Below are positions 25,178 through 37,100 of a DNA stretch of 64,000 bases, piece after piece. Source of the DNA: Monocercomonoides exilis PA203 (Eukaryota > Protista > Preaxostyla); assembly GCA_001643675.2 (NCBI GenBank), contig LSRY02000050.1:1-64000 (forward strand). The letters run 5' to 3'. Made by a program: the position numbers and the translations under genes. Position 1 is the stretch's first letter. Each line of letters starts with the position of its first letter. A model generated the notes under the pieces. It was not told where the DNA came from. It did not search any database and saw only the letters and a program-made list of their open reading frames with translations.

Positions 25178-26920
25178 GTGTCATTGGATAGAAAAAGAAC
25201 AAAGCCAACATTTTTGGAAAATGCATTGAACGTGGTCAGCAAAAACAGAATATTGAAATATTTTGATGAGCCACGTCACTATTCCAATTCAACTTTAAAA
25301 AAACACACTTGGGTTTTTCGTTTGTACAATTCATTTGCTCAATGTTTCGATTTTTTACCATTTCCTATGAATAAAAAATGTATAAGAGGATTTTTACGTT
25401 TTTTAGGACATGATTGTAAATACTGCATTTTTTCTATTGAGTGTGTTATTGTTCCATCTTTGAAACGAATTCAACAAAGAATGTTTAACGAATCAATTGA
25501 CAAAGATTTGGACAGTGAAATCAATGGAATAGTCAGAGAACTTAAAATGAACAAATCTTTGAAGCAAAGAGGTGAAGGAAAGCAACCTCTTGTAACTTTC
25601 GATATGAGTTACTTAATTGACAGCATTCCTGACTATTTCGCTGACAAAGCTTCAGAGGCATCTTTGTTTTTATTCTCTCTTCATACAGGAGCAAGAGCAG
25701 TGACATGTGGAGGTGTAAGATTATGTGATATCAGAAAAGTCATAATTCAAGATGATGATTCGATATTTGTCAAAATCAGACTTATGAGAAACAAAGGAAA
25801 TGTGAACTGGAATCATGTAATAACGTTGGAAAATCAAAAAGCTGACAACAAATCATTGGATGCAGTTTATTGGCTCAGACAACACATACAATCTCAATTC
25901 AACATGGATTTGTTTGAACCGTCTTTATGGCCAGTCGAAGAGAAAGATGAAAGAGTATTATGGAAGTGGGACACTGAAAACATGAGAACAAGATTGAAAC
26001 AAAGACTTGAAATGGCAGGCTTTCCACCAGCATTGTTTGGATTTCATTCTCTCAGATCAGGATTTCTGTGTTCAGCTGTTATAAAAGCAGGATCAGATAT
26101 CAAACAAAGACAAGCAGTCTTGGAAACTTGTGCATTTGTGGCAGGCTGGATTCCATTCTCGCATGCTGAAATGGTTTATGTGAAAAAAGCTTGCGTTCAA
26201 ACAATAATTGCATCAAGAGTGATCATGCTCAACAAAGATAATGAGAAACAATCAGTGATGGACAACAGATTATTAACAATTGAGGATTTTCATGGAATAA
26301 CTCTCAGAAAGAACAAATGGAATAGTGAAATCATTTTTGCATCATTCTCAAGAATCATTTTGGATCAATTGAAAAAGGATAGAGTTGGAGTCAAAAATAC
26401 ACCTGATTCAAATAAATATATATTGCAACTTGGGTTGAATAAATATGTTGAAACAAATGAAGAGTTGGAGGAGCTGGCAAAAGTCAAATATGATCCATTG
26501 ATTCTTAAATCAACACCTCAATTTTTCTGTGGAATTCGAATAAACGCAAGAGCTGAAGTTGCAAGAAAGGATATCATCAAAATATTGCTGAGAGATCCAA
26601 AAATATTGAAACAGCAAGCTGAAACATTCATTGCATTCATGAAAGAACAAGAAATTTGGTTGAAGGAGGTGAAAACATACAAGCACAGAGTTGAAAAAGT
26701 TAGTACAACAAACAAGATACTTGAAACAAGAGAAAAGGATGAAAAAGGAAATAGAAAGAGAATCAAGTGGACTGAAGAAGAAGATAAAACATTGAAATTT
26801 CATAAAGAAAGAAATGAAACTTGGGTTCAAATATCAAAACATTTAACAGGAAGAACTCCTGGTGATTGCTCAGATAGATGGAGAAACTTGAAAAAGAAAT
26901 TAGAAAGAGAAAAAAAGTGA
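25178..26920 (+). CDS. Tyrosine recombinase with C-terminal Myb/SANT domain (YR-Myb copy 2), uninterrupted; exact start uncertain
   Basis: 580-aa ORF with EASLFLFSLHTGARAVT (R), NKG (K), FGFHSLRSGFLCSA (HxxR), VAGW (W) and MVYVKK (Y). The C-terminus RIKWTEEEDKTLKFHKERNETWVQISKHLTGRTPGDCSDRWRNLKKK is a three-Trp Myb repeat. Confidence 0.93.
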   Translation: MSLDRKRTKPTFLENALNVVSKNRILKYFDEPRHYSNSTLKKHTWVFRLYNSFAQCFDFLPFPMNKKCIRGFLRFLGHDCKYCIFSIECVIVPSLKRIQQRMFNESIDKDLDSEINGIVRELKMNKSLKQRGEGKQPLVTFDMSYLIDSIPDYFADKASEASLFLFSLHTGARAVTCGGVRLCDIRKVIIQDDDSIFVKIRLMRNKGNVNWNHVITLENQKADNKSLDAVYWLRQHIQSQFNMDLFEPSLWPVEEKDERVLWKWDTENMRTRLKQRLEMAGFPPALFGFHSLRSGFLCSAVIKAGSDIKQRQAVLETCAFVAGWIPFSHAEMVYVKKACVQTIIASRVIMLNKDNEKQSVMDNRLLTIEDFHGITLRKNKWNSEIIFASFSRIILDQLKKDRVGVKNTPDSNKYILQLGLNKYVETNEELEELAKVKYDPLILKSTPQFFCGIRINARAEVARKDIIKILLRDPKILKQQAETFIAFMKEQEIWLKEVKTYKHRVEKVSTTNKILETREKDEKGNRKRIKWTEEEDKTLKFHKERNETWVQISKHLTGRTPGDCSDRWRNLKKKLEREKK

Positions 26921-27058
26921 TCTGTTTTTATTGTTTTTTTAATTGTTTTTCTTTTTATTTTTTCTATTTTTAACTTTAATTGTCTGTTCGTTTTCTTTAT
27001 ATTTTTTACTCTTTTTATTTAGAGTTTTTTTTTTGTTTTCTTAAAAAATACGCAAAAT

Positions 27059-27495
27059 TCAAATAATAACTTGATAAAAAACTTTAAAATGCTCTTCTAT
27101 TTTCTTTTTTATAAAAAGATACTTCTCAATAATCAACTTCCGAAAATCGTGCTCCTCCGAATCAGCTGATTGATCTGCTCCGTCAACGATATGATCACAC
27201 GACAGCAAGTGTTCTTCATTTGGCTCAACGAAATCATGCACATCATTTTCGAAACTTGAATGATAACGCATCTCTTGATTGTCTTTTTCTGAATCTGATT
27301 CATCCACCTTCCTTCTTTTGATTGTTGCAATCGATTGACCTGTTTCAGAATGCTGATGAAATATGTCATTTGCAGCAGATTCTTATTCATGACTGTTGCA
27401 TTCATCACATGATGAATCTTCATCAAAATTGAGCTCAATATCAAACGTTTCTTGTAATTTATCTTCAGTCGATGTTTTTTTTTTGTTTTTTTCAA
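27059..27495 (-). pseudogene. Fragmented acidic ORF of unknown function, convergent with YR-Myb copy 2
   Basis: Overlapping short ORFs (MDESDSEKDNQEMRYHSSFENDVHDF...) in different frames; no domain recognised. Confidence 0.3.
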
Positions 27496-28331
27496 AAATT
27501 TTCAAATTAAAAAATATTCATTTTTCATTAATGATTTCTTTTCTTTACAAATAAACATCTGAATTTGATAATATTTTATGTTAAGAGAATATCATCGCTG
27601 ATGCTTCTTAATCGCTAAGTTGAATGGTCGAAGCCACATACCAGCTGAAGTTATCAATGATTTTTGTCAATAGAATTTTAAAATTTTCAGTCAAAAATAT
27701 TTTTCAATGTTTTTTTGATATCTCACCAAATATAAGAGATATTGAAATTTCAATAATTTTCCCGTTGTTAACTATTAATGTCCTTTCCATTCATATTCAT
27801 TGAAAGAATTTCAAAAAATAAATTTTCACTTTCATTTTTTCCAATTTTTCCATTGACTTTCACATGTGAGAAATATTGACTTTCTTTTTGTTTTTTTCAA
27901 AATTCTCACAAATCAAGATATCGTTTGAAAAAGTACAAAACAGCATGAAATAATCAAATTCACATTGTATTCAACAATATACATCATTATATCGATTTTC
28001 AACAAAAATTCAAAAAATTCATTTTTTCATTGAAATTCAGTCAATCACATATTTCATCAAAAACTTTCATTATTCTTGACAGTTCAAAAGAAATCCTTTG
28101 GAACGATAAAATACTTGTGTTTGTTATCCAAATGAAGCAGAGACAGTGTTTGAATCATTGAGAAATGTCTCAGTTCAATCATTCAAAAAAGTGATTTTTT
28201 CGAAAAAAATACTTTTTTTTTCTCTGCTTTTATTCACTATATCTGATGTTGTTATGCATGTTTGAGCATCGCACATGTCAATATGAGTTAAAAAAGTTGC
28301 TTTTCATGAAGATTTCTGAATTTGTTGCAAA

Positions 28332-28499
28332 ATATTGCATGGGTTGGCAGGTTATTCAAGGTTAACTCCAATTTGTGAGGGTTAACTCATTGACCAAGGT
28401 TGTTTTCAGCCAACCAACAAAAAATCGTAAAAATCATGTGCCAACCATTACAATATTAAAATTTCCAAGGCTTTTTTAGTTGAATTGCCTAACCCTAAC
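28332..28499. promoter_or_regulatory. Cluster of GGTT/AACC motifs, mostly within an imperfect inverted repeat
   Basis: GGTT at 28342, 28350, 28360, 28380 and 28398; AACC at 28412, 28443 and 28491. ATATTGCATGGGTTGGCA pairs with TGCCAACCATTACAATAT (15/18). GGTTAACTC occurs twice. Confidence 0.55.
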
Positions 28500-29599
28500 A
28501 AACAAAAAATTGGAAAGCTATGTAAATCCCTTTTTTCATTCCATTTCTTTCAATTTTTCGCTTCCCTTATTTCACAAAAAATCATCTTTCCGCAAAAATA
28601 ATTCTTCGCCAAAGGTTAATGCCAGGCATCTTTGATTAATCTTATATTTCGCTAACCTTCTTTTCATTTTTCTTCCCTGCTTTCCTTATTCAAAGCCATA
28701 TAATCGCTCATTCTTTCAATAGCCTGAATGAAAAAGAAAGATCACTTCAAAATAAATAACAACAACAAACTTTCAGAACATTTTTATAAGCAATTTTCCA
28801 ACTTTTTCCCCCTAGGCACCCGTTTTCCTCCAATTCAATTTTTTTATTCCTTCCTTTTTCGTGTTTATTCAATTGATTCTTCAATTTAACTTCCAAATCC
28901 CTTCATCCTGGGCACTTTCCATATGTACTCGCTGTCTAAACTTGATGGTTATCCTTCATTACGAGATATCAAACTTTCATTCATTTCCATCTCCGATCCT
29001 GAAAAAAACATAAAACCTATCAATAGGCAAATTTTTTTTAATGCAAACCAATCAACTTTCCTTTAATGAAAGCTTATAATTGAAAAGAAAAAAATATTTC
29101 TCAGAATAAATATAATATGAATAATTATTCATTTTTTGGAACTGAACCAACAACAAAGTCATTTGTCATAGTTGAAAATAGCTGAATTAATTATATGAAA
29201 AGATATCCTTGATTTAAAGCCTTTATAAATATAGATTTAAAAAAAAACATTCCAACGTAAAAAAAATTTTGCTGACTGACGAAACCATCGATTTTTCTAT
29301 CCGTCACCCAGGCTAAAATTTTTTTGTTTTATCTTTCACTTTATCAACAAAAAAATTGAAAAATTCTAAAAAAGTGAGATTTTTCTTTTTTCTTTCACAT
29401 AATTTGATATATGTTAAAGAAGACTTTATATTACAAATAGAGAGCGAAACATCGAAAATAAATAATTTTTTCTTGTTCCTCTACTCTATTTTTAACTTTT
29501 TCACATTTATTTGTTCTCTGTGTAATAAAATATCTAAAATAAAAATTTATTTCTTTTGATGTTCGCAGTGTAATCCACAATAAACAAAGCAAATATTCT

Positions 29600-32500
29600 T
29601 GAAGCGCTTATCCGAGTATACAGATTGATGCAGATTTCATCTTTGCCACTTTCTCCGTTGAACGGATATGTTTCATTTTCATTGATTGATTTTTTAAAGG
29701 CCACTCTTCATTCATCTTCTCTCTCTCCATTTCTATTCTCTCCTCCACTGCCCTTCCAGTAATATCTCCATCGTCACCATTTTAAATGCCTTTGGATCTT
29801 TTCTGATGTTGTCATTTTCAATCTCTTTCATATCTTCTGCTTCATTCTATGCTTTCCTCCAACGAACAGCAAATATAATTGAAACAATGAGAACAATCAA
29901 AAGAATTGCAACAAGCACAATCGCAATTACAATAATCGGCCATCTCGATTTTCCTTCTTTTCCACTTTCAACAAGTTTTTCATCTCCCTTTTGCTCAGAT
30001 TCAGTTCTGTTCTTCGGGATGAATGACTCCGTTCATGAAAGGGAATCAATCTTTCCAAGCAGGATCTTAACAGATACTTACGTTTCCTCAGATGCATTGC
30101 TACAATTGATGCTGGAATGGCTTCATTATTCTCTATTTCACCAACAAACTCTTCTGACAGATGCAGATACAACTGGAGTTCGTGAACCATTCAATCGAAG
30201 GAATCGACCTGGAGAGCCAAGTAGCAATGCAGAAGCAAGGAACCGGTATGATCAATTGAAAGAGTACTCCCTAACTGGCGAGATATCACTTATTTCAGAT
30301 ACGGAATGAAGAACGGAGAGGCCCTTTCTGAAGCGACAATAGAAAAATTGCATTCCAAATTCAAAGCCCAAAGTGATGAGTTCTCTTTTAAGCCATCTCC
30401 GCCTTTCGGGCTTTGAATATTCAGAAGCGCATGACTAGAGCAGGCGAAATTGTTCCTCATGTTCGGATAACCCACTGTAATCGGCTGTTGTTGACAAATA
30501 ATACAAAATGAACGGAAATGCTTCCGCCAGAGATCGACAGCCATCTCTTGGATGAATTGACAATGCTCATGTCTTTTATTCTTCACGATCAATTCTGAAG
30601 ATCAACCATTGATCCAATCCACTGGCACAGCTCTTCTGATCGATCATCGCTCGCTCTCAACTCTGGTTCGCTTGTTGCTCCGTCAAACACACACGAAGAC
30701 ATGCAACCATCTGCCAAATCTGCCAATGCTGCAATGCTCCCTTTTTTAGATCGCGAAGTACACTTTTTGTTCGAGCAGTTCTCCAAATCCAGCAACAAAG
30801 ACGAAGATGAAGCATCCAAGCAACACGGACCAAGCCAATCTCGGGTCAAGTTTAGAAATGAAGACTGCTTAAAATGGAATGTCGAAACATTCGATATCAC
30901 GCTCATTGCACACCCATCCCCAAGCACTGTGTTTGAGATAGCCAAAAATTTCATCTGAATATCTGAATCTTGGCATTCAACAGAAAGCAAAGAACCAGAT
31001 AGCACAGAAATGGTATCGAATTCCGAATGATTGTATTGGATGTTTGAATGGCCTCCTGAACCGTCTGAGGAAAGCACAATCAAGCTTGCTTTGCTCTCTG
31101 CATTTCTGAATTGAACCTTCTGCAGCTGAGAGTCTTTGCAATTGAAAAGGATAAGGGCGGATTGTTCAAGTGTGCAACTGGAAATTAGCACTTGCTGCGT
31201 TGAAATGTTTACCAGATTGCGGAAGTCCAACAACACAACAGAATTCGCATCAGAATATTAAAGTTCATAAATGAGCAATATTGTCCGCCTCTTGCACCCA
31301 CGCAAGAAGAACTGAGATGAATACAAGTTAAAGTGCACCCGTTTGTTGATAGTCTTCCATTCTCGAGGAGAATGATGGAGCAATTCAATTTGTGTTCGGT
31401 GTTTCCACTCCAATCTTCTTGAGCAAATATTGTGTCTGCAATCAACAAGTTGCCATCAGTCAGTGATAGCAAACTTGAATGAGAAGAAGAAAAAGCGCTT
31501 CCAAACAAAAACAATAGAGATTCCATTTTCACTCTTGACGAGCACGAAACGATGCTGCTCCTCTTGCTTCCGATGCTGCTGTTCAGCAATATATTCTTCC
31601 TTACACCTTCCGCATCCAGCGATTTGATCGTCACATCATGTGTACTTGCTTCCCCTGATACCACAGCGCTTTTGTTATTCAGAAAATTGCTGTAAACTGA
31701 AGGAATGGTGTGGGGCAGAGCAACATTCAAGGAAATGCAAGGTTCGCTTATTCCACCGCACTGGGGTGAATCGGAGGAGTTGTCATATGAAGAAGATGCA
31801 AATATCGCGCTCCGATACACAACGACAAGCAGCAGCAAATCTTGCTCATCAGCATAGTCAGGTGCTGTGCATCCCCACATAGCAAACTCCCGAACAAACG
31901 GTGCTCTGAAATCGAGCTCGAATAACTCTGCGCCTATTTGAGTTTTGACATTCGCGCATTTGACATACAAGTCTCACCCCTTATACGCCTTGATATTTAT
32001 GAAAGTTGTGCTTTCCAACAGAAAAGGAAGTAGGCCATCTTGTGTGATCGAAGAGCAGTCCAGGAATATCGCGCATCCTCTTCCAGTTGCGGAGCAGAAG
32101 CATTCAGAGATCGAACAAAAGCTGCAGTGGAATAACGAGCCTTCGCTCAATTTCAAAGCAATGCATCCGCCATTCTCACTCAGGCTGCTTCCGCTGCTCT
32201 TGATCAACGTGTTTTGCACAGACACGCTGGAAGGCTTGCTGCAGGTGTAGCTGATGACGGATGGCTCAGATGGTGCATTTCAGAGGGGCGAATGGAGCGT
32301 GCTGCATTTCAATTGCACTGTTGGACTGCCATCTTCATTTAATCTCTGAGACTCTCCTCTTCACTCAGCCTGCACCAACACAGCTTCAATGCTTCCGAAC
32401 ATCAGCTCCATGTTACCCATTGATACATTTGTCAAGTCAATGCTGCTTCCATGTAATGCAGTTAGAACGTTGCCTCCACATTCGATGGATTGAAACTGTT

Positions 32501-32610
32501 GGAATAATATTTCGCATATTTAAAACAGGAAACCTCTAACGCAAAAAGGAATGTCTGTGCAAGATGCTCGGGCAAATAGCAAGAGAATAGCTTTTGGGTT
32601 TTATTCATTA
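29600..32610 (-). pseudogene. Frameshifted pseudogene of a large Cys/Ser-rich type-I membrane surface protein
   Basis: Successive minus-strand ORF pieces (32225-31974, 31970-31209, 31236-30589) have beta-helix-like motifs (GGCIALKLS..CSFCSISECFCSATGRG; SSDSPQCGGISEPCISL). A TM segment and basic stop-transfer (VLVAILLIVLIVSIIFAVRWRKA) lie near 29930-29850. Many stops and frameshifts. Confidence 0.7.
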
Positions 32611-33135
32611 TTTTTTGAAATGATGAAAACAATCAATTTTGTTAAAAAATCCGTTTTTTATAAATATCGATCACAGTAATGTGTTTATGATTTTTTTCCG
32701 GTCTTTTAATGTTATTAGCCAAAGCCGAGCAGAAATAAAGTTGTTTGCACATTCATTGACACAATCCAACACATTATTCAGCATTATTTTAATTAACATT
32801 ATTTGCGATAATTAAAAAATGCAAAACATTTCATAATTCATGAAATTCTTCTTTTTTTCAATTTTAAACGCATGTTGAAACATGTGGATTATAAAGTTTG
32901 AAAGTTAAATAATCAACGAATATGTTGAAGATGTGTTTTGAATCGTTTATTGGTGCAAAAGAATTTTGTCAGTTTTCTTAACTTATTGATCCTTTTGATC
33001 TTTGAAAAAATTTGACGAAAACAACAAAAATCATTTCCAAAACAACATTTACAATATTCAAATAATATTTATTTGTTTTTGCAATCAATTTTATAAACAT
33101 GAAAAATATTTGTTTTTTATCTTAATTTTCGTAAC

Positions 33136-33255
33136 TCAAATAAACTCAGTCTATCTCAAATGAACTCGGTTTATTCAAATGAACTTGATCTATTCGAATA
33201 AACATGAGTTCATTTGAATAAACCTGGTTTATTCAAATAAAAAAATCTATTCAAA
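33136..33255. repeat. Minisatellite of about six 19-20-bp quasi-palindromic units
   Basis: Units such as TCAAATGAACTCGGTTTAT, TCAAATGAACTTGATCTAT and TTGAATAAACCTGGTTTAT. Includes a perfect 13-bp-arm palindrome ATTTGAATAAACC-T-GGTTTATTCAAAT at 33212-33238. Confidence 0.85.
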
Positions 33256-33479
33256 ATTCATCTATTGTTTTCTTCATTATCAATTATTTGAAATGACGAG
33301 GAAGAAGTTATTTTTTTCGATTTGCAATGATCACAAATCTTATGTTTTTTTTTTCTTTTTCATATTTTCTTTCACAATTTTCATCTTTTCTTCATTTTTT
33401 TCTTTATTAATCTTTTTTTCTGTTTTTTTAAACATTCATAAATAAAAATTGAACATTAAAAATTAAATATCAAAAACAA

Positions 33480-34150
33480 GACATACTTTTCTTTTGTCTT
33501 CATTGGTTGAGGCAGCTGAATGAGCTATGGCTCAACAGCCAATTTTCCACTTTAATTTTTCGATCTGTTGTTGTTAATGTGTGAAATTTTATAGAAAACA
33601 GGAGATTTATTAAAACATTATATATAACAATAAATTAAATAATTATAATAACCTGCGTTGTCAGAGCTGTTTTGGTCTTTATAGTTTTTTTCGAGAACCT
33701 AAGCTTCTTTTCTCTTTTCCAGGGAATAGTAATATTCCCCTCGGGAAAGAGAAAAACCTTTTTCATTCAACTCTGCCATTGAACAAACGGAAGAAGCACA
33801 AGAAAGAATTGAAACACGATCCTTATTCCCGGGCGTTTTATAAAGATCCACAAGATTGTTAAAAATCTTTGCAGTTTTCTCTTTCAATATGGAAAAAAAT
33901 ATATAAATAAAATTGTTTCATCAAATATTTAATCATAGAAATGAAAAAAAAACAATAAAAAAAACAAAACTTAACGAAACAGCTTCGAGGAAGGGCTTTC
34001 CCAATTTGGAATGGAAAAGGAGGTGCATTAAGCACCATTCATGATCATCGCCGGATTAATTTCGAATTTTTTCAAAAATTTTTTTTGCATGACAGCTTTT
34101 TGTTGCGCGTGGACGAGTGTAATATGGATGGCAATAAATTTCGTTTTCCA
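33480..34150 (-). pseudogene. Intron-containing gene fragment of unknown function
   Basis: Coding-like blocks (e.g. 33887-33699 KEKTAKIFNNLVDLYKTPGNKDRVSILSCASSVCS...) alternate with AT-rich intron-like spacers and are interrupted by stops. Confidence 0.3.
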
Positions 34151-37100
34151 TATTTTTGCTTATAATTTCAAAAAAAGTGTGATAAAACAATAAAGAAAGC
34201 TCGTATTTGTCAATGATGCTGTTATTAGAGAAAAAATAATTATCATTTTTGAGAACAAAAATACACTATATTTTTCTTTTTCTTCTCTATCCGTAAAAAT
34301 CCAGTCTTTTCGAACTTTTCAAACGATTCACTTTAGCCACGTTGATCCTCCAGTTCCAGCTTAAGCTCCAGTTGATATTAATCATTTGCTGCACTATTCC
34401 CTTCTCACATATCTTCAACTACTTCATATTAATCACTGCAGACGAAATAGAGAAGGATAACAATGACGGAGAAGAAGAAGACATAATGCTGGATAAGCAT
34501 TCGTTAAAAGAGAAGATGTTGCAGTATTGGCAGATATGATTGTTACAACAATTCCCCCAAACTGAGAAAAAGAAAGGCAGATAAAAGAGAAGAGTCAGAA
34601 AAAGTGAAGGAAAAGAGATTAAAAGAGAGCAGGATTCCTGAAGTGCCTGGTGCAAAGAAGAGTTGCTGTTGAAAAGCTTAACTACTTCAAACAACATCAT
34701 ATAGCTCTTTGAAGAACAGGCAACCAGAAGAAGAGTAGGCAGAATGAACAGAAGTGGTGCAGGAAGGGCTTTTCGATACAATGAATCATTTGCGAACACG
34801 AAAGGCAAATTTGAACGAACAAGAGAAATGAAGAGTTCTGGGATTATCCAAGGCACAGAATTTCGATTTAAGCTAACGGCTTTTTTGATGAGAAGCAGTA
34901 GTTATCAACTTGAATACTATAACAATGCCATTAGAAAAATTCACCTCTTTAGTCAAATTGCCTTTCTGTCTAATTCCTAAACAGGAATCTCGAACAAAGA
35001 AATAATCCCTTCTCCTTTCTTCGGTAGAGAACGAATATATATCAGCAGATGAGACTGAAGAGCATTCCAAAAGCAGATATTGCCATCTGCAACGAATGTG
35101 AAGTGCACATCTCGATAGATACGCAAAGATCGAATGTTAAAGTTAGTGATGCATCGTGCTCTCTTCTTCAGCTGCAAAACGGGATGTGCCAATGTGTTTT
35201 GTGTGTTTTGTGCTTGTTTTGAAGGCTGGGAAGATGAAAAAAATGAGTCATGTGGTTGTATTGTTGAAGAAAGCTCAGAATATAAAGAAGACGAATCCTA
35301 ATTCACTCCGAAATGTGTATGAAAGAGCAGTTTTGTCTGTTTGAAGAAGTGAGCCAGTAACTGTGTAAAATGATGCATGAGTCGAAGGGAGGAATTTCGT
35401 TAAATTCTGTGAATCGAGCAAGTCAAATCTATATGGTTCATCATTGTCCTTCTCTCCTTTTTTGTCTGTCTCGTTCTCTTCAGAAAGAAGAAGTTATTGC
35501 ACTTTCCTAAAGAACAATGCATAGGCTGCATCGTCTTCATTGTAGCTGTCTTCTGCTTTCCTCATCGACTGTTGTTTCTCTATTTCCTGTACGGCTTCCT
35601 CCAAATATGCTAGCATCTTCCTTGCTATCTGTTAAATCTCATTCTTTCTCATTTTCTCCTCACCTCCATCTTCTTCTTATTCATATGCTTCCTCAGATGT
35701 TGACAAGAGATTTAAAGCTGTTTTTAACAAAGCTGTTGTCTAAGTGCCACAACACAACCAGTCCTTCAGCAGATGCTGTTACAAAAAGAGAAGAAAAGCT
35801 TTTCGATTCAATTGAAACATCTCCTTTTCACCTTCCATTTGTGATTGGACTAAAGAATATGCGCTATGGGACTATGGTGGACGATCACACATTTAACGAT
35901 AACTGAGACGGTTTGGTAGAAAATGAAGGAATAACAAGGAGTGAATAACCAGCTGTATTCTGCACAACCTCGAAGGAGAAGGAGCCATTCTGCTCTTTTT
36001 CATTCTTTGTTTCCGTCATGTGCAGTGTAAACTTTCTCTGCTCCCTTTTCACTTCCTCCTTCGAGCTTTGCTATGAAAACTTTGAAATAAAAATGAGGAA
36101 GTTGAGCTGCATGCACTTTTTCGCTGAGTTAAACGAAATGTGGATTTTCGACTCAAGAGGCAGCTGAGGCTTTTCGACACAGTGTTCGTTGCTCCTCCAA
36201 CCGACTGCGAAAACGAGCTGCAAGTTTGAAAGGATGATTGCATACACCATATCGCAATCGCCTGTCAGCGGGTGAGATATGGCGTATGCATTTTCAAAGT
36301 TGATCCCATTGTTGTTGTTTGATATGACTTTCCCCTTCCGCAGTTGCAACAGATAATCTGTCTCTCACTCTATTTCAGATAAATTCAGAGTGAGAGTTGA
36401 AGAGCGGAAAAGTGAAGTTGAAAGCCATCTCCCCTGCCGCCACCTTCCACACATTCACCACACAGCTGGTATCAATTGTAATGAGTTTGCAGAAGATGGT
36501 GCTTTTGATGATGAAGTCGATGCATGTTCAGTCGAATATGTCACAACGGACGGAGAAGATGATGACGCGCCACACGAACAGCCGCTTGCTTCGCATCACG
36601 ATCACATTCTTTTTCATTTTAAGCATCTTCTTTATCGAAACCAGGTGCTTTGACTTCTTGACTCCTTTTTATTTCTTTTTCTTTTTCTCTTTTCCTTCTC
36701 TTCTAACATTCATCTTGTTTCAATCTTCCACTTTTCCATGGATTCAATGCGGTTACAGAACAAGCAGAGTTGTTTCTGTTGTTGCTTTCCTGCTCCAGTT
36801 CTTCTCTCTCTCTCTCTTTCTTTCTTTTATTTTTTTTGCTTCATTAAAGTGTTAAAGCATCGTTATTGGAGTTATGAATAACTGTAACGCTTCTTCGAAT
36901 GAAGACACCATCTATCCACATATCTGCTACAGGATACCAACATTCTTGCTGTTGTATCGAAAAAGAAAAAAATCAGATTATCCCCATCCAATCTAGCTGA
37001 CCTTTTCAATTCTTCAAGAAAGTTGAGCATGCTTAGGTTCCATAGCAGAATCCTCCCTCCAAATTCAGCTTTATCCAAAAGAGACACCTTCCTCATCAAT

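Noticed and set aside
20779-26920. YR genes as part of a DIRS retrotransposon or as bacterial contamination
   Set aside because: There is no adjacent gag/RT, both carry a eukaryote-type Myb domain, and the contiguous sequence has spliceosomal introns.
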